IMG/VR virus record: IMGVR_UViG_3300024255_001088
Strand: one strand, 5' to 3'
Length of the DNA stretch: 64,000 nucleotides
Origin: a virus
Positions 19,007 to 28,544 of this stretch are shown here, in pieces. The translations under genes and the position numbers were made by a program. The notes under the pieces are model-generated. The model did not search any database. It was not told where the DNA came from and saw only the letters and a list, made by a program, of their open reading frames with translations. Within the stretch, counting starts at the first letter, position 1; each line of letters starts with the position of its first letter.

Positions 19007-19399
19007 GTGGCAAAACGAAATCCATTCGACTTCGTTAAGTCGGTCTCTTACGACAAAAAAGATATCATGGTTGATGATATCGAAGAGAAAGCATATCAAC
19101 CTTTCCTAATCAATAAGGCATTATCTTACCACCAAGATGCAGTCTTTCTAGTAAACGAGATGAACACCAGACATTCGACTGAGGGTCGTCTTCAATACTT
19201 GTTTTTCATAAATACTCTTAGAAAAAGGCAGAGATTTTCGAAATGGCATAAACCTTACGAGAGTAAGAAATTAGATACAGTGAAGAACGCCTTTGGTGTA
19301 TCCTCACAACGAGCCAAAGAATATCTAGAACTTTTAAATGATAAACAGTATCGTGACTTGAAAGATAGTATGAAAATTGGTGGAAAGAATAATGGATGA
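19007..19399 (+). CDS. gp62: Clamp loader small subunit gp62
   Basis: Y.PFLINKALS, NEMN, LQY.FFINTLRKRQRFSKW. Confidence 0.92.
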   Translation: MAKRNPFDFVKSVSYDKKDIMVDDIEEKAYQPFLINKALSYHQDAVFLVNEMNTRHSTEGRLQYLFFINTLRKRQRFSKWHKPYESKKLDTVKNAFGVSSQRAKEYLELLNDKQYRDLKDSMKIGGKNNG

Positions 19400-19802
19400 C
19401 ATTTTAGAATCAGTAAAAGATTTAGTAGAAATAACATTTCCTGAAAAGGACGACTTCTTAAAGATAAGAGAAACCTTATCTAGAATTGGCGTAGCGTCAA
19501 GAAAAGAAAAAGAACTTTTTCAGTCATGTCACATACTACACAAAAGGGGCAAGTATTACATTGTCCACTTCAAAGAGTTATTCAAACTCGATGGTAAACA
19601 ATCAAACTTTGACGAATCAGATGTTGCAAGGCGCAACACCATAATCGATTTATTGAGACAATGGAGTCTTGTCAAGGTACTTGACCCAAAGAGAATTGAA
19701 GAACCTAGAGCACCACTTTCTCAGATTAAGGTTATACCTTACAAAGAGAAACAACAGTGGAAACTCACACAAAAGTACTCAATAGGCACTAACATATCAT
19801 AA
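19392..19802 (+). CDS. regA: Translational repressor RegA
   Basis: DDFLKIRETLSRIGVASRK..LFQSCHILHK.GKYYIVHFKELF.LDGK. Confidence 0.96.
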   Translation: MDDILESVKDLVEITFPEKDDFLKIRETLSRIGVASRKEKELFQSCHILHKRGKYYIVHFKELFKLDGKQSNFDESDVARRNTIIDLLRQWSLVKVLDPKRIEEPRAPLSQIKVIPYKEKQQWKLTQKYSIGTNIS

Positions 19803-19841
19803 ATACCTCTGTTATAAATCAATTAATAACAGGAGTATTAT

Positions 19842-20015
19842 ATGTTGGAATTTCTTCAATGGATAATTGCTTGGGTACAAGTGTTACCCTGGTTAGTAAT
19901 GGGTGCATCATTAATTGCAGCTCTTACACCTACACCAGTTGATGATGGCATAGTCAAGAAAGCTTACAAAGTACTTGATTGGGTCGCATTAAATGTTGGT
20001 AAAGCAAAGGACTAA
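19842..20015 (+). CDS. Small membrane protein, holin-like (57 aa, not in ORF track)
   Basis: SD AGGAG; late box upstream; MLEFLQWII...ASLIAALTPTPVDD...LDWVALNVGKAKD. Confidence 0.7.
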   Translation: MLEFLQWIIAWVQVLPWLVMGASLIAALTPTPVDDGIVKKAYKVLDWVALNVGKAKD

Positions 20016-20092
20016 AAAGTTCTATAAAACCCCCTAGACAAATACACGAAACTTCGATATACTGGAGTCTCATAATTTGATAGGAGTATATT

Positions 20093-20425
20093 ATGGAATA
20101 CGCAATTGCAATTGTAGTGTTATTTGTTATTGTTTACGCTTACCTCAATAGAGATAGTGAAACATCAACAACATCAACGCCGACTCCTGCACCGGTTTCA
20201 AAACCAAAAGCAGTAAAGAAGGCGCCTGTTGTCGATAAAAACAATAACGGTGTTACATCTAAGGCTGAACTTAAGACATTAACTAAAGTTCAACTATTAG
20301 AACTTGCTGATAAAAAATCACTGAAAGTAAAAAGAAGTGGTTCGAAAGCAGCTGTAATTACCGAAATACACTCGCAACTGAAAAATAATAATGATTCTGA
20401 TGGTGATGATACCGAAGAAGAATAA
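20093..20425 (+). CDS. Membrane-anchored protein with Rho-N/HeH-like C-terminal domain
   Basis: N-terminal TM, Pro/Thr linker, L..LTK.QLLELA...L......K..VI..I; promoter TAGACA-N17-TATACT at 20035-20063. Confidence 0.75.
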   Translation: MEYAIAIVVLFVIVYAYLNRDSETSTTSTPTPAPVSKPKAVKKAPVVDKNNNGVTSKAELKTLTKVQLLELADKKSLKVKRSGSKAAVITEIHSQLKNNNDSDGDDTEEE

Positions 20426-20448
20426 TTATTAGTCCTACCAGGACACTT

Positions 20449-20476
20449 AAAGGGACTCATTGAGTCCCTTTTTTTT
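20449..20476 (+). terminator. Rho-independent terminator
   Basis: AAAGGGACTCA-T-TGAGTCCCTTT followed by a T-tract. Confidence 0.8.
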
Positions 20477-20511
20477 AGCCCCCATGAAAGTCTATTTGTA
20501 TAAATAACTGT

Positions 20512-20808
20512 ATGGAAGAGATTTTTAATCTAATAGGTGAAGTGGGTGCTCCAATTGCTGGTTCAGTAATCATGGGGTTCTTCATATTCATAGTTATTAA
20601 ACAGATACTTGAGGGTGTAGTTGATTCTATTTCCACACTTACAATGTTCTGTAAATCTTTAGAAAATCGAGCAAGAACAATGTCTAATGAAATGATTAAG
20701 ATAGATTTACTTGTATCAAGTGCTTTAGAACTAAGACCAGACATAGAGCGAATTGCAAGAGCTGAAAACTTCATAGAAGATGATAAGCTCGATGTCAGAA
20801 GAGACTAA
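20512..20808 (+). CDS. Small membrane protein, first gene of the curli operon
   Basis: Late box TATAAATA 5 nt before ATG; G.PIA..TM helix. Confidence 0.8.
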   Translation: MEEIFNLIGEVGAPIAGSVIMGFFIFIVIKQILEGVVDSISTLTMFCKSLENRARTMSNEMIKIDLLVSSALELRPDIERIARAENFIEDDKLDVRRD

Positions 20809-21062
20809 TGGACATTGCACAATTAATTTCCGATTTCGGATTTCCCATTGTGATGGCAGTAGGACTCGGTTACTTCATATATTACATTTGGTGGTTTGTA
20901 GGTGAAAAACTAGAACCCGAAATTGAAAAAATGCACTTTCAATTAATTAAAGTAATAGACCAAACAAGAATGTTAGACCAAGATTTGATACGACTACAAC
21001 AAAAAGTAGATGTAGTTTTAGAAATGAAAGAAAACATTAAAAAGAAAGAGGTGAAGAAGTAA
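20808..21062 (+). CDS. Small membrane protein, paralogue-like of the preceding gene
   Basis: I.DFGFPIV.A.G.GYFIYYIW; R.LD.DLIRL resembles RTMSNEMIKI of the upstream ORF. Confidence 0.8.
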   Translation: MDIAQLISDFGFPIVMAVGLGYFIYYIWWFVGEKLEPEIEKMHFQLIKVIDQTRMLDQDLIRLQQKVDVVLEMKENIKKKEVKK

Positions 21063-21542
21063 ATGAAATTATTATTATCATTTTTAGTTATAATTTTCAG
21101 TATGGGTGTTCATGCTGATATAAAACACAAATTTAAGAACCCTAGTTTCAGTGGAATAGGTACAGCATCACATTACCTAACCGTTGAGAACCAAGAGTTC
21201 ACAAGAAAAAAAGAAATAGAAGATGCACTTGAATCTGCTAGAAAGGCAGCTGAAAGGGCAGAAGACAATACAACCATGGCTAAATTTATTCGGAATCTAG
21301 AATCACGAATTTATGCACAAATGGCTAAACAATTAGTTGAGTCTATGTTTTCGAATGACGGTTCAGTTAGATTTGGTTCATTCAGTTTAGAAGGCAATGT
21401 TGTCACATATGAAGTGATAACTAATGAAGATGGTTCAGAATTTATACGAATGACAATTGTTGATTCCGATGGAACAGAAACAATTTTAGAAATACCAATC
21501 GGAACAGGAAACTTTGGGCAAGACTCAGATGGAACTGGTTAA
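21063..21542 (+). CDS. csgF: Curli assembly protein CsgF-like
   Basis: Signal peptide, then F.NPSFSG and F..NLESRIYAQMAKQLVE.MF; lies upstream of CsgG. Confidence 0.85.
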   Translation: MKLLLSFLVIIFSMGVHADIKHKFKNPSFSGIGTASHYLTVENQEFTRKKEIEDALESARKAAERAEDNTTMAKFIRNLESRIYAQMAKQLVESMFSNDGSVRFGSFSLEGNVVTYEVITNEDGSEFIRMTIVDSDGTETILEIPIGTGNFGQDSDGTG

Positions 21543-22497
21543 ATATTTACTCACCGGCGTAATTTTACTATCTGGATGTGCATCTGTTCCAAAGTGGTCA
21601 GACAACCCAGCAGATTGTGCCTATGAGACAGGAAGATTTGATGAGGGTTTCGGTAGAGATGTTGTCACAGGTGTAGCAAAGGCCTGGTCTAGAAATTACA
21701 TATGTGTAGAGAATGCTACTGTAATTAATCTACCTTCACATTTAGAACTACTGAATTTGCCTAAGGCAAAAGATAGACCTACTGTTGCAGTTTATAACTT
21801 TGTGGACAAAACAGGACAGAGAAAATCAGAAGATAACCTTGCATCATTCTCTACTGCTGTGACACAAGGTGCAACCGAAATGGTTATTGATGCACTTAAA
21901 ACGGCAGGTAAAGGAACATGGTTCAGAGTTGTTGAAAGACATGGCATAGACAACTTGGTAAGAGAGAGACAAATTATTCGTTCTGCTAGACAAGACTTTG
22001 CTAAACAACAAGGCGAAGAGAAGTTTCAAAATTTACAACCCTTACTATTCGCAGGTATGATAATAGAGGGTGGTATAATAGGTTATGATTCCAATTTATT
22101 AACTGGTGGTCGAGGCGCAAGGACCCTAGGAATTGGAGTTAGTAGACAGTATCGTCAAGATGCTGTCACGGTTAGTATGAGAGCTGTTTCAGTTCTAACA
22201 GGCGAAGTATTATTGAATGTCCAAACAAGAAAGACTATCCTTTCTTATGGTTCAGGCGGCGATGTATTCCGATTCATTGAAGAAGGAACACAATTGCTAG
22301 AGTTCGAGGACGGAGTGGGTAATAATGAGTCAGTGACATATGCAGTACGAACAGCTATCGAGGCTGCCGTACTGGAATTAATCTACCAAGGACATGATAG
22401 GGGTTTTTGGAAAATCGAGGAAAATCATAGACACCCACACAATAGTGATGGTGTAAATGATTTACACTCATTAAAAGGAGAAGAAGAAAATGAATAA
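21529..22497 (+). CDS. csgG: Curli secretion channel CsgG lipoprotein
   Basis: Lipobox LSGC; VAVYNF.DKTGQRK, FSTAVTQG, WFRVVER.G..NL..ERQIIR, IIEGGIIGYD, QYRQD.VTV. Confidence 0.93.
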   Translation: MELVKYLLTGVILLSGCASVPKWSDNPADCAYETGRFDEGFGRDVVTGVAKAWSRNYICVENATVINLPSHLELLNLPKAKDRPTVAVYNFVDKTGQRKSEDNLASFSTAVTQGATEMVIDALKTAGKGTWFRVVERHGIDNLVRERQIIRSARQDFAKQQGEEKFQNLQPLLFAGMIIEGGIIGYDSNLLTGGRGARTLGIGVSRQYRQDAVTVSMRAVSVLTGEVLLNVQTRKTILSYGSGGDVFRFIEEGTQLLEFEDGVGNNESVTYAVRTAIEAAVLELIYQGHDRGFWKIEENHRHPHNSDGVNDLHSLKGEEENE

Positions 22498-23224
22498 AAT
22501 TTTAAGTATTTTATTACTAATGTCGACACCATTCGTTTTCGCAGCTGCAACTGATGATAATGAGATTATGATTACACAAGTTGGTGATACTCTAAAATTA
22601 TATGTTGACCAAGTTGGTTTTGGTAACAAAGTAGGACTAAACGACTTTTCAAGTGGTTCTGGTTCAAACATGACCATTACTGGTGTGACTTTGGATTTCA
22701 ACATAGATATGATAGGTAACAAGAACTTGTTATTCGGACCTCTCGTTGCCGATACATCTAACTATACTTTATTGATGACTGGTGATTCTAACTCTATTGA
22801 CTGGAACATAGGTTCTACAGGTAGTTCAGACGATTCAGATATCAATTTCAACATGACCGGCGATTCGAATACATTCGATATCGAACAAGGTGCTGTTGCA
22901 AGTGCAGAGAGATTAAATGCGGATTTAGTTCTTGTTGGTAGTAGTAATGTTTTTGATATTGATTGGGAAGCAGATGATGTCACATGGAATTTCGATGTGA
23001 CTGGTTCTAGTTCTAATTTCAACACATTGCAGAAAGATGGTTCACAAACACTTAATTTTGATTTTACAGGAGACAGCGCTGATGTTGATATCACTCAGAT
23101 ATCAGGCACATGTGCAGCTTCTGGTAATGGGTGTGCAACACCTAATGCAAATGTCAATCTTAATGTAAACAGTGACAATGCGATTATTCAGATTACACAA
23201 AAAGATTCAGCTGGCGACAGTTAG
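22490..23224 (+). CDS. Secreted curlin-like beta-solenoid repeat protein (CsgA-like)
   Basis: Signal peptide; repeated x-I-x-(Q/M)-x-G-x-x-N units; C-terminal Cys pair. Confidence 0.7.
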   Translation: MNKILSILLLMSTPFVFAAATDDNEIMITQVGDTLKLYVDQVGFGNKVGLNDFSSGSGSNMTITGVTLDFNIDMIGNKNLLFGPLVADTSNYTLLMTGDSNSIDWNIGSTGSSDDSDINFNMTGDSNTFDIEQGAVASAERLNADLVLVGSSNVFDIDWEADDVTWNFDVTGSSSNFNTLQKDGSQTLNFDFTGDSADVDITQISGTCAASGNGCATPNANVNLNVNSDNAIIQITQKDSAGDS

Positions 23225-24329
23225 TTTCTTTTTACTATTCGCTAGTGGGGTCAGTTCTGCTGAACCCATTGGCGGTGTAATTGAATCTACAGGTGTCACA
23301 TCTGTAAAAAGAGAGCAGGACAGAATTCTAACAGATGTCGGTACAGACATCAACATGTATGATGAAGCAGAGACTGCCAATGGTCGTATGCTCATACAAT
23401 TTTTAGATAATGAAAAATTGAGTTTAACAGAAAACTCACTCGTTTACATAGACGAGGCATATTACGACCCCGACCCAAGTTTATCCAAAATGTCAATACG
23501 AATGGCACGAGGCACAGCACGATTCGCCTCGGGTGGTGGTTCAAGAATTAAAAAACAAAATGTAGATGTATCTACTCCTACAGCCAATATCACAATGAGA
23601 GGGACAGATTTTACAACCACCATTGATGAGTTGGGAAGGACTATGGTAATCTTACTTCCGGATGAAGAGACAGGTGAATCATCTGGAGAAATACTAGTTT
23701 ATAATGACGGTGGTGAAACCGTTTTAAATCAACCATATCAGGCAACTACTGTTGCATCGTATGATTCACCACCAACTACAGCAGTCACGGTTCAAGGTAT
23801 TACGCCGAATCTGATTGACAATATGTTTATCGTAAATCCACCTTCGGAAATACGACAAGCGATGGAAGAATCCTATCAAGATGAAAATTATGATGACCAG
23901 GGTTTATTAGATGTAGACTTCTTAGAGTTCAATGAACTTGAGGGAGATGCTCTGGCCGATACGACTGAAGATTTATCATTTTCAGAGTTGGACATAGATT
24001 ATTTGGATGTGGATTTTTTACAAGACTTATTAGATGTTATAGAAGAATTAGAGAAAACCACGGTATCGTTAGATTCCAAAGGTGGTTCAAGTACTGAATT
24101 AGCTGGGTTTGCACTTAAAGGTGCATCACCAGGTTTCAACAAAGATTCTCAGTTTAATGTTTTCGAACAAGACGGAGACCTAGTTTTCTTTCGTGATGTC
24201 CAAGGAGTCATAAATATAATTATAACAAGTGGTGGTTCGGGCATTGTAGATGCCGAAGTTCCAGGATACTCAGGTGTCATGACATTTGGAGATGGAGATG
24301 GAATTACAATTGTTATACGACAAGATTAA
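23178..24329 (+). CDS. Secreted FecR-domain protein with acidic C-terminal region
   Basis: Signal peptide ending SSA-EPIG; T.NGR..I.F.D...L.LTENS, G.ARF.SG, V.TPTA.I..RGTDF. Confidence 0.85.
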   Translation: MRLFRLHKKIQLATVSFFLLFASGVSSAEPIGGVIESTGVTSVKREQDRILTDVGTDINMYDEAETANGRMLIQFLDNEKLSLTENSLVYIDEAYYDPDPSLSKMSIRMARGTARFASGGGSRIKKQNVDVSTPTANITMRGTDFTTTIDELGRTMVILLPDEETGESSGEILVYNDGGETVLNQPYQATTVASYDSPPTTAVTVQGITPNLIDNMFIVNPPSEIRQAMEESYQDENYDDQGLLDVDFLEFNELEGDALADTTEDLSFSELDIDYLDVDFLQDLLDVIEELEKTTVSLDSKGGSSTELAGFALKGASPGFNKDSQFNVFEQDGDLVFFRDVQGVINIIITSGGSGIVDAEVPGYSGVMTFGDGDGITIVIRQD

Positions 24330-24339
24330 GGAGAGATTT

Positions 24340-24495
24340 ATGAGCATAAATATTGACTTTACTAAACTAAGACAATGGCATGAAAACCTAACATGGGAAG
24401 TTGCCGACTATTTTGGTTTAGATGAATATGAAATGTTATGGGTGTCATACACCGAGGGATTAATTTTAGGATTATTATTATGGTGGATTTTTTAA
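24340..24495 (+). CDS. Small membrane protein
   Basis: SD AAGGAG; FGLDEYEMLW...GLILGLLLWWIF. Confidence 0.65.
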   Translation: MSINIDFTKLRQWHENLTWEVADYFGLDEYEMLWVSYTEGLILGLLLWWIF

Positions 24496-25142
24496 AAAGA
24501 ACATTTATTGTAGGGGCATTTATTCTGATAAGTGGCCTTACTTTTGCTGACGACAATCATGTCCATGTTGAACAAGTATCTAGTGGAGATAACTTAGATT
24601 TAAACATAACACAAATAGGTTATGATAACGAAGTAAACTTCACTGTATCTCATTCTGGTAATGTATTCAACTTAATTCAAAACGGTAATGGAAACTATAT
24701 TGGTTGGGTATCCTTTTGGGGTTCAGGTAAAGCATGGGGTGGTGATATTGATGGAACAGATAATACTGAAAACATAGAACAATGGAATGGTGCAACATAT
24801 GGCCGTCACATATGGGGAAATAATAATGAAGTAGATGTCTATCAGAATGGTTCACATACTCATTGGTTAGATATACATATAGATGATGCTGACCATAATG
24901 CACATCAATCTGGAACAGGAAGTCATTACGCACATACATATTACTATGGTACTCAAGACGGTTCTGTTGCTAGCATTATGCAGAAAGATACAGGAAGTCA
25001 TAACGCACAAATAACACTTACAGGTAGTCAACCAACAACACTTAATTTATTACAACAAGGCGCAACCAATAAGTCTTACAATCTAACTCAAAATTGTATG
25101 ACTGTTGGAGGGTGTACAGTATCGGTGACTCAAAGTGACTGA
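24480..25142 (+). CDS. Second curlin-like secreted protein (CsgB-like, His-rich)
   Basis: Signal peptide; Q-x-G-x-x-(N/H) repeats; C-terminal CMTVGGC. Confidence 0.7.
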   Translation: MVDFLKRTFIVGAFILISGLTFADDNHVHVEQVSSGDNLDLNITQIGYDNEVNFTVSHSGNVFNLIQNGNGNYIGWVSFWGSGKAWGGDIDGTDNTENIEQWNGATYGRHIWGNNNEVDVYQNGSHTHWLDIHIDDADHNAHQSGTGSHYAHTYYYGTQDGSVASIMQKDTGSHNAQITLTGSQPTTLNLLQQGATNKSYNLTQNCMTVGGCTVSVTQSD

Positions 25143-25392
25143 ATGTCCACCAGAGTTTAATGAATGTCTCACCGAAGAAGAATACGATGAGATTTTAGAC
25201 ATCTTTGAAGAGAATGAAATCGCAATGCCTGAGGCACTAGGCGATGTAGAAGCTGCATCTGATTTTGTCTGGCAAGTTCTTTTTCTCACACCAATAGAAC
25301 TAGTTTACATAGGTTTTACAATGACTGTTCTCGCTACTTACGGACTGTCTATATACTATATCTATAAAAAAATACAGAAGAAATTTTCATAA
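25135..25392 (+). CDS. Small membrane protein
   Basis: Acidic N-terminus with C-x5-C; C-terminal TM and basic tail. Confidence 0.7.
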   Translation: MTECPPEFNECLTEEEYDEILDIFEENEIAMPEALGDVEAASDFVWQVLFLTPIELVYIGFTMTVLATYGLSIYYIYKKIQKKFS

Positions 25393-25574
25393 TGAACGAA
25401 GCGAATCCATTTTCAAAAAAATCAAGAGAAAGGACCATCGCAATGGTTAACGAATATCGTAAAAAGAAAAAACAACAGTGGTGGTCAAGTTTCTGGTCAA
25501 CAGTTCTTGCAATTGCACTCATTGGTGTTTGTCTATACATATTCTTTTTTGCGTGGCCTACAATTGAACAGTGA
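25392..25574 (+). CDS. Small membrane protein
   Basis: TAATG coupling; basic patch followed by a TM helix. Confidence 0.6.
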   Translation: MNEANPFSKKSRERTIAMVNEYRKKKKQQWWSSFWSTVLAIALIGVCLYIFFFAWPTIEQ

Positions 25575-25637
25575 TACTCAACAGATATCGAAAGTATCGA
25601 CTTATCGAGTGGAAGAAAGGTAATCTCGTAGATATCT

Positions 25638-27476
25638 ATGTATAGTTGGAAAACAGTTTTAATAACCATAGTCGCCCTTGTGGGTATAAAGATATGGTCA
25701 CCCTATCTAATAGATAATGTTAGATGGTCTTACTTCGATGTTCTACATCAACAAAAAGAAAATGTGATAGTAGATAACATACTACTGGTCAACATAGATG
25801 AAAAGGCAATAGAGAAGTACGGTCAGTATCCTTTTCCTAGAAATGTGTATGCAGATACATTATGGGAAACACATCACTCAAACACTCATGTATTCAATAT
25901 ACTATTCGCAGAAGAAGATAGATTCGGTGGTGATGAAGTCTTTGCAGAGGCACTAGAAAACAGATTAACGATATTATCATCAGCACCAACAATTCAAAAA
26001 GAATCAGGCAACGCACCATTCGTAAACACCTCAGTATTTGGCGATGGTGATATACAAGACCATGTGTGGAATTTTCCAGGTTTAGTATCGCCAATCCCGG
26101 AACTACAAAACAGTGCTTGGGGTATGGGCGTGACAGTTGCCACACCACCTGTGGCGAATACCCCAAATTTTGACGGAACAAACAGAGCGGTTCCGCTAGT
26201 CATCCAGGCAAATGGTCAATTATATCCAAGTTTAGGATTCGAAGTTCTCAGAGCATACTATGACCAACCCAATTATCAAACTAGGGTAACTGCTGATGCA
26301 GGTATTGAATGGGTTAAAATGGGAAGAGACAAACCAATAGAGACCACATCAAGTGCAGACTTGATGATTTCGTATTGGAACGAATTCGAATCTATCTCAT
26401 TTGCAGACTTGCAAGATTCTGATATAGAAGGAAAGATTCTAGTCTATGGACTAACCGCTGAGGGGTTATCTATTCCAGTTTCAACCCCAATGGGTGTAAT
26501 GTATCCTCACGAAGTTCAAGCACACCTAATCCAAACCGTCTCGTCAGGAGTTCAAATACATGTATCCGAGACTCTTGAAATGCTCGAGACTTTTCTTCTT
26601 CTGTTAGTCCTTCTAGGAATACTGGTATCGGTCTACAAACTTCCCACAGCCTTCTCGGCGATAGTCTCTGTAGGGTTCGTTTTACTTCAGGTGGGGTTAA
26701 GTCACTATTTGTGGTTTTACAATCTCGTTCTTTTCGATATCTTCTGGTCATCGTTAAGCTCCGTTGTTGTTTTCGGACACGCTTCTTTTAACCAATACTA
26801 TACTACTTACCAACTCAAAGAACAAATTAAGAAGCAGTTCCAAAAGTATTTATCTCCTGACATGATTGAAGAACTACAAAAAGACCCAAGTAAACTTAGA
26901 CTTGGCGGAGATAGAAGAGAGATGACTTTCATGTTTATGGACATAATCGGATTCACTCCCATAAGCGAACACTATATGCAGAAAGATGATCCAGAAGGTT
27001 TAGTAGAACTCATTAATAAGTTTTTAGATATGCAAACTAAAATCATACTAAATAATAGTGGAACCATAGATAAGTATATGGGGGATTGCATAATGAGTTT
27101 TTGGAATGCACCACTTGATTGTGAAAACCACGCAGACCTTGCCGTAAAGTCAGCACTAGAAGTTTTAGATGCTACAAAGGAATTAAATGAAGAACTTAAA
27201 CCTCTTAACCTGCCTCCTATTAATGTGGGCATCGGTATCAGTTCAGGCGAATGTATTGTCGGAAACATGGGTTCCGAACTTAGATTCGACTATTCCGTCA
27301 TCGGAGATGCCGTCAACTTGGGCGCTAGACTCGAAGGACAAACAAGAAATTATAATGGGGTTGACTTGTTGTTATCGGAAAGAACTTATCAACTATGTCC
27401 AGACAGAGCATTCACTAGAGTTGATAGAATTACAGTTAAAGGAAAATCAGAACAGGTTACAATTTACACTTGTTGA
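25638..27476 (+). CDS. CHASE2-domain class III adenylate cyclase
   Basis: CHASE2 (VNIDEK..E.YGQYPFPR, TPMG.MY.HEVQA), 3 TM, catalytic MFMDIIGFT, DKYMGD, DYSVIGDAVNLGARLE. Confidence 0.93.
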   Translation: MYSWKTVLITIVALVGIKIWSPYLIDNVRWSYFDVLHQQKENVIVDNILLVNIDEKAIEKYGQYPFPRNVYADTLWETHHSNTHVFNILFAEEDRFGGDEVFAEALENRLTILSSAPTIQKESGNAPFVNTSVFGDGDIQDHVWNFPGLVSPIPELQNSAWGMGVTVATPPVANTPNFDGTNRAVPLVIQANGQLYPSLGFEVLRAYYDQPNYQTRVTADAGIEWVKMGRDKPIETTSSADLMISYWNEFESISFADLQDSDIEGKILVYGLTAEGLSIPVSTPMGVMYPHEVQAHLIQTVSSGVQIHVSETLEMLETFLLLLVLLGILVSVYKLPTAFSAIVSVGFVLLQVGLSHYLWFYNLVLFDIFWSSLSSVVVFGHASFNQYYTTYQLKEQIKKQFQKYLSPDMIEELQKDPSKLRLGGDRREMTFMFMDIIGFTPISEHYMQKDDPEGLVELINKFLDMQTKIILNNSGTIDKYMGDCIMSFWNAPLDCENHADLAVKSALEVLDATKELNEELKPLNLPPINVGIGISSGECIVGNMGSELRFDYSVIGDAVNLGARLEGQTRNYNGVDLLLSERTYQLCPDRAFTRVDRITVKGKSEQVTIYTC

Positions 27477-27780
27477 ACCAATCTCAACTAAGCAGTGGAT
27501 TACATTTACCACACTACAACTTGCAGATATCTATACAACTTATCGTGGACTTAAATACAATTGTGTTTATGAGATGAATCCAATTGTTGGTGAACAACCA
27601 TCAGTACCACAAATGTTTCTTGTTAAAACACTTGTTCTCTTGCCTGCAATCGAATCCGATATGAAACGACAAACTCTCGAACCACAAACTATGGATAATA
27701 TAAATCTTCTAATGGCATTAGTTGTAGGAAATAACTACAATGTATGGCACAGAGCAGAAAAAAACTGTGGAAGAAGATGA
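27187..27780 (+). CDS. Putative exported protein overprinted (+1 frame) on the cyclase C-terminus
   Basis: SD AAGGA; signal peptide MKNLNLLTCLLLMWASVSVQA; non-overlapping part LADIYTTYRGL...EMNP; start uncertain. Confidence 0.65.
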   Translation: MKNLNLLTCLLLMWASVSVQANVLSETWVPNLDSTIPSSEMPSTWALDSKDKQEIIMGLTCCYRKELINYVQTEHSLELIELQLKENQNRLQFTLVEPISTKQWITFTTLQLADIYTTYRGLKYNCVYEMNPIVGEQPSVPQMFLVKTLVLLPAIESDMKRQTLEPQTMDNINLLMALVVGNNYNVWHRAEKNCGRR

Positions 27781-28544
27781 TAATAATAACTGGTACAAAA
27801 AAAGATAACAGAGTATCTTTTCTTGTATACAATGATAATTTTGAACTACAATTGGTCAAACCCTACACTCCTGAATTAGATGACTTGTCAGTTGAAGGAA
27901 TGAAATCAGGCAAAAAAACCAGACCAACCTTTAGACCCTTTGGCATAACTTATGATGAAGATAATATTTACATTGCAAATCATACTAAAATAGGTATCTA
28001 TGATATCAATGATTACACATTCAAAGGTCTATTACCTATTACTAGTTTTTTTAACACGCATCAAATATTAAAGAAAGACAATATCATGTATGTTGCGAAT
28101 ACACACGAAAACTCAATTGGTATACATAATTTAGATGACGGCAGTTCATTCTTTAAAGTTCTTCCTAAAAAATCTCATTGCAACAGTCTATTTTTTAAAG
28201 ATGAGTTATACTATGTATTTCACAATAAAAATCTAAAACCATCTGAGTTTTATAGAGGAGATACTAAGATAAAGGAATTAGGAAGAAAATGTCATAACAT
28301 AATTGTTGATGAACATTTCTATACTATTGATACAGGTGCCTATGAACTAGTCATTGATGACGATAGATATTTCATTAATAAGGGTTTCTGTAGAGGTTTA
28401 GCAAAAAGAAATGGAAAACTTTTAGTTGGCAATAACGAAGGAGATGTTGCGTCTGTTTTTGTTTTTGATATAGAAAATAGAGTATTTAATAATCAAATAA
28501 ATATAGAACACCTAGATAAAATTACAGATATAAAATGCATTTAG
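27777..28544 (+). CDS. Beta-propeller-like hypothetical protein
   Basis: Repeats RPFGITY..DNIYIA, THQI..MYVANT, H.NSL, GFCRGLA; ATGA coupling. Confidence 0.65.
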   Translation: MIIITGTKKDNRVSFLVYNDNFELQLVKPYTPELDDLSVEGMKSGKKTRPTFRPFGITYDEDNIYIANHTKIGIYDINDYTFKGLLPITSFFNTHQILKKDNIMYVANTHENSIGIHNLDDGSSFFKVLPKKSHCNSLFFKDELYYVFHNKNLKPSEFYRGDTKIKELGRKCHNIIVDEHFYTIDTGAYELVIDDDRYFINKGFCRGLAKRNGKLLVGNNEGDVASVFVFDIENRVFNNQINIEHLDKITDIKCI

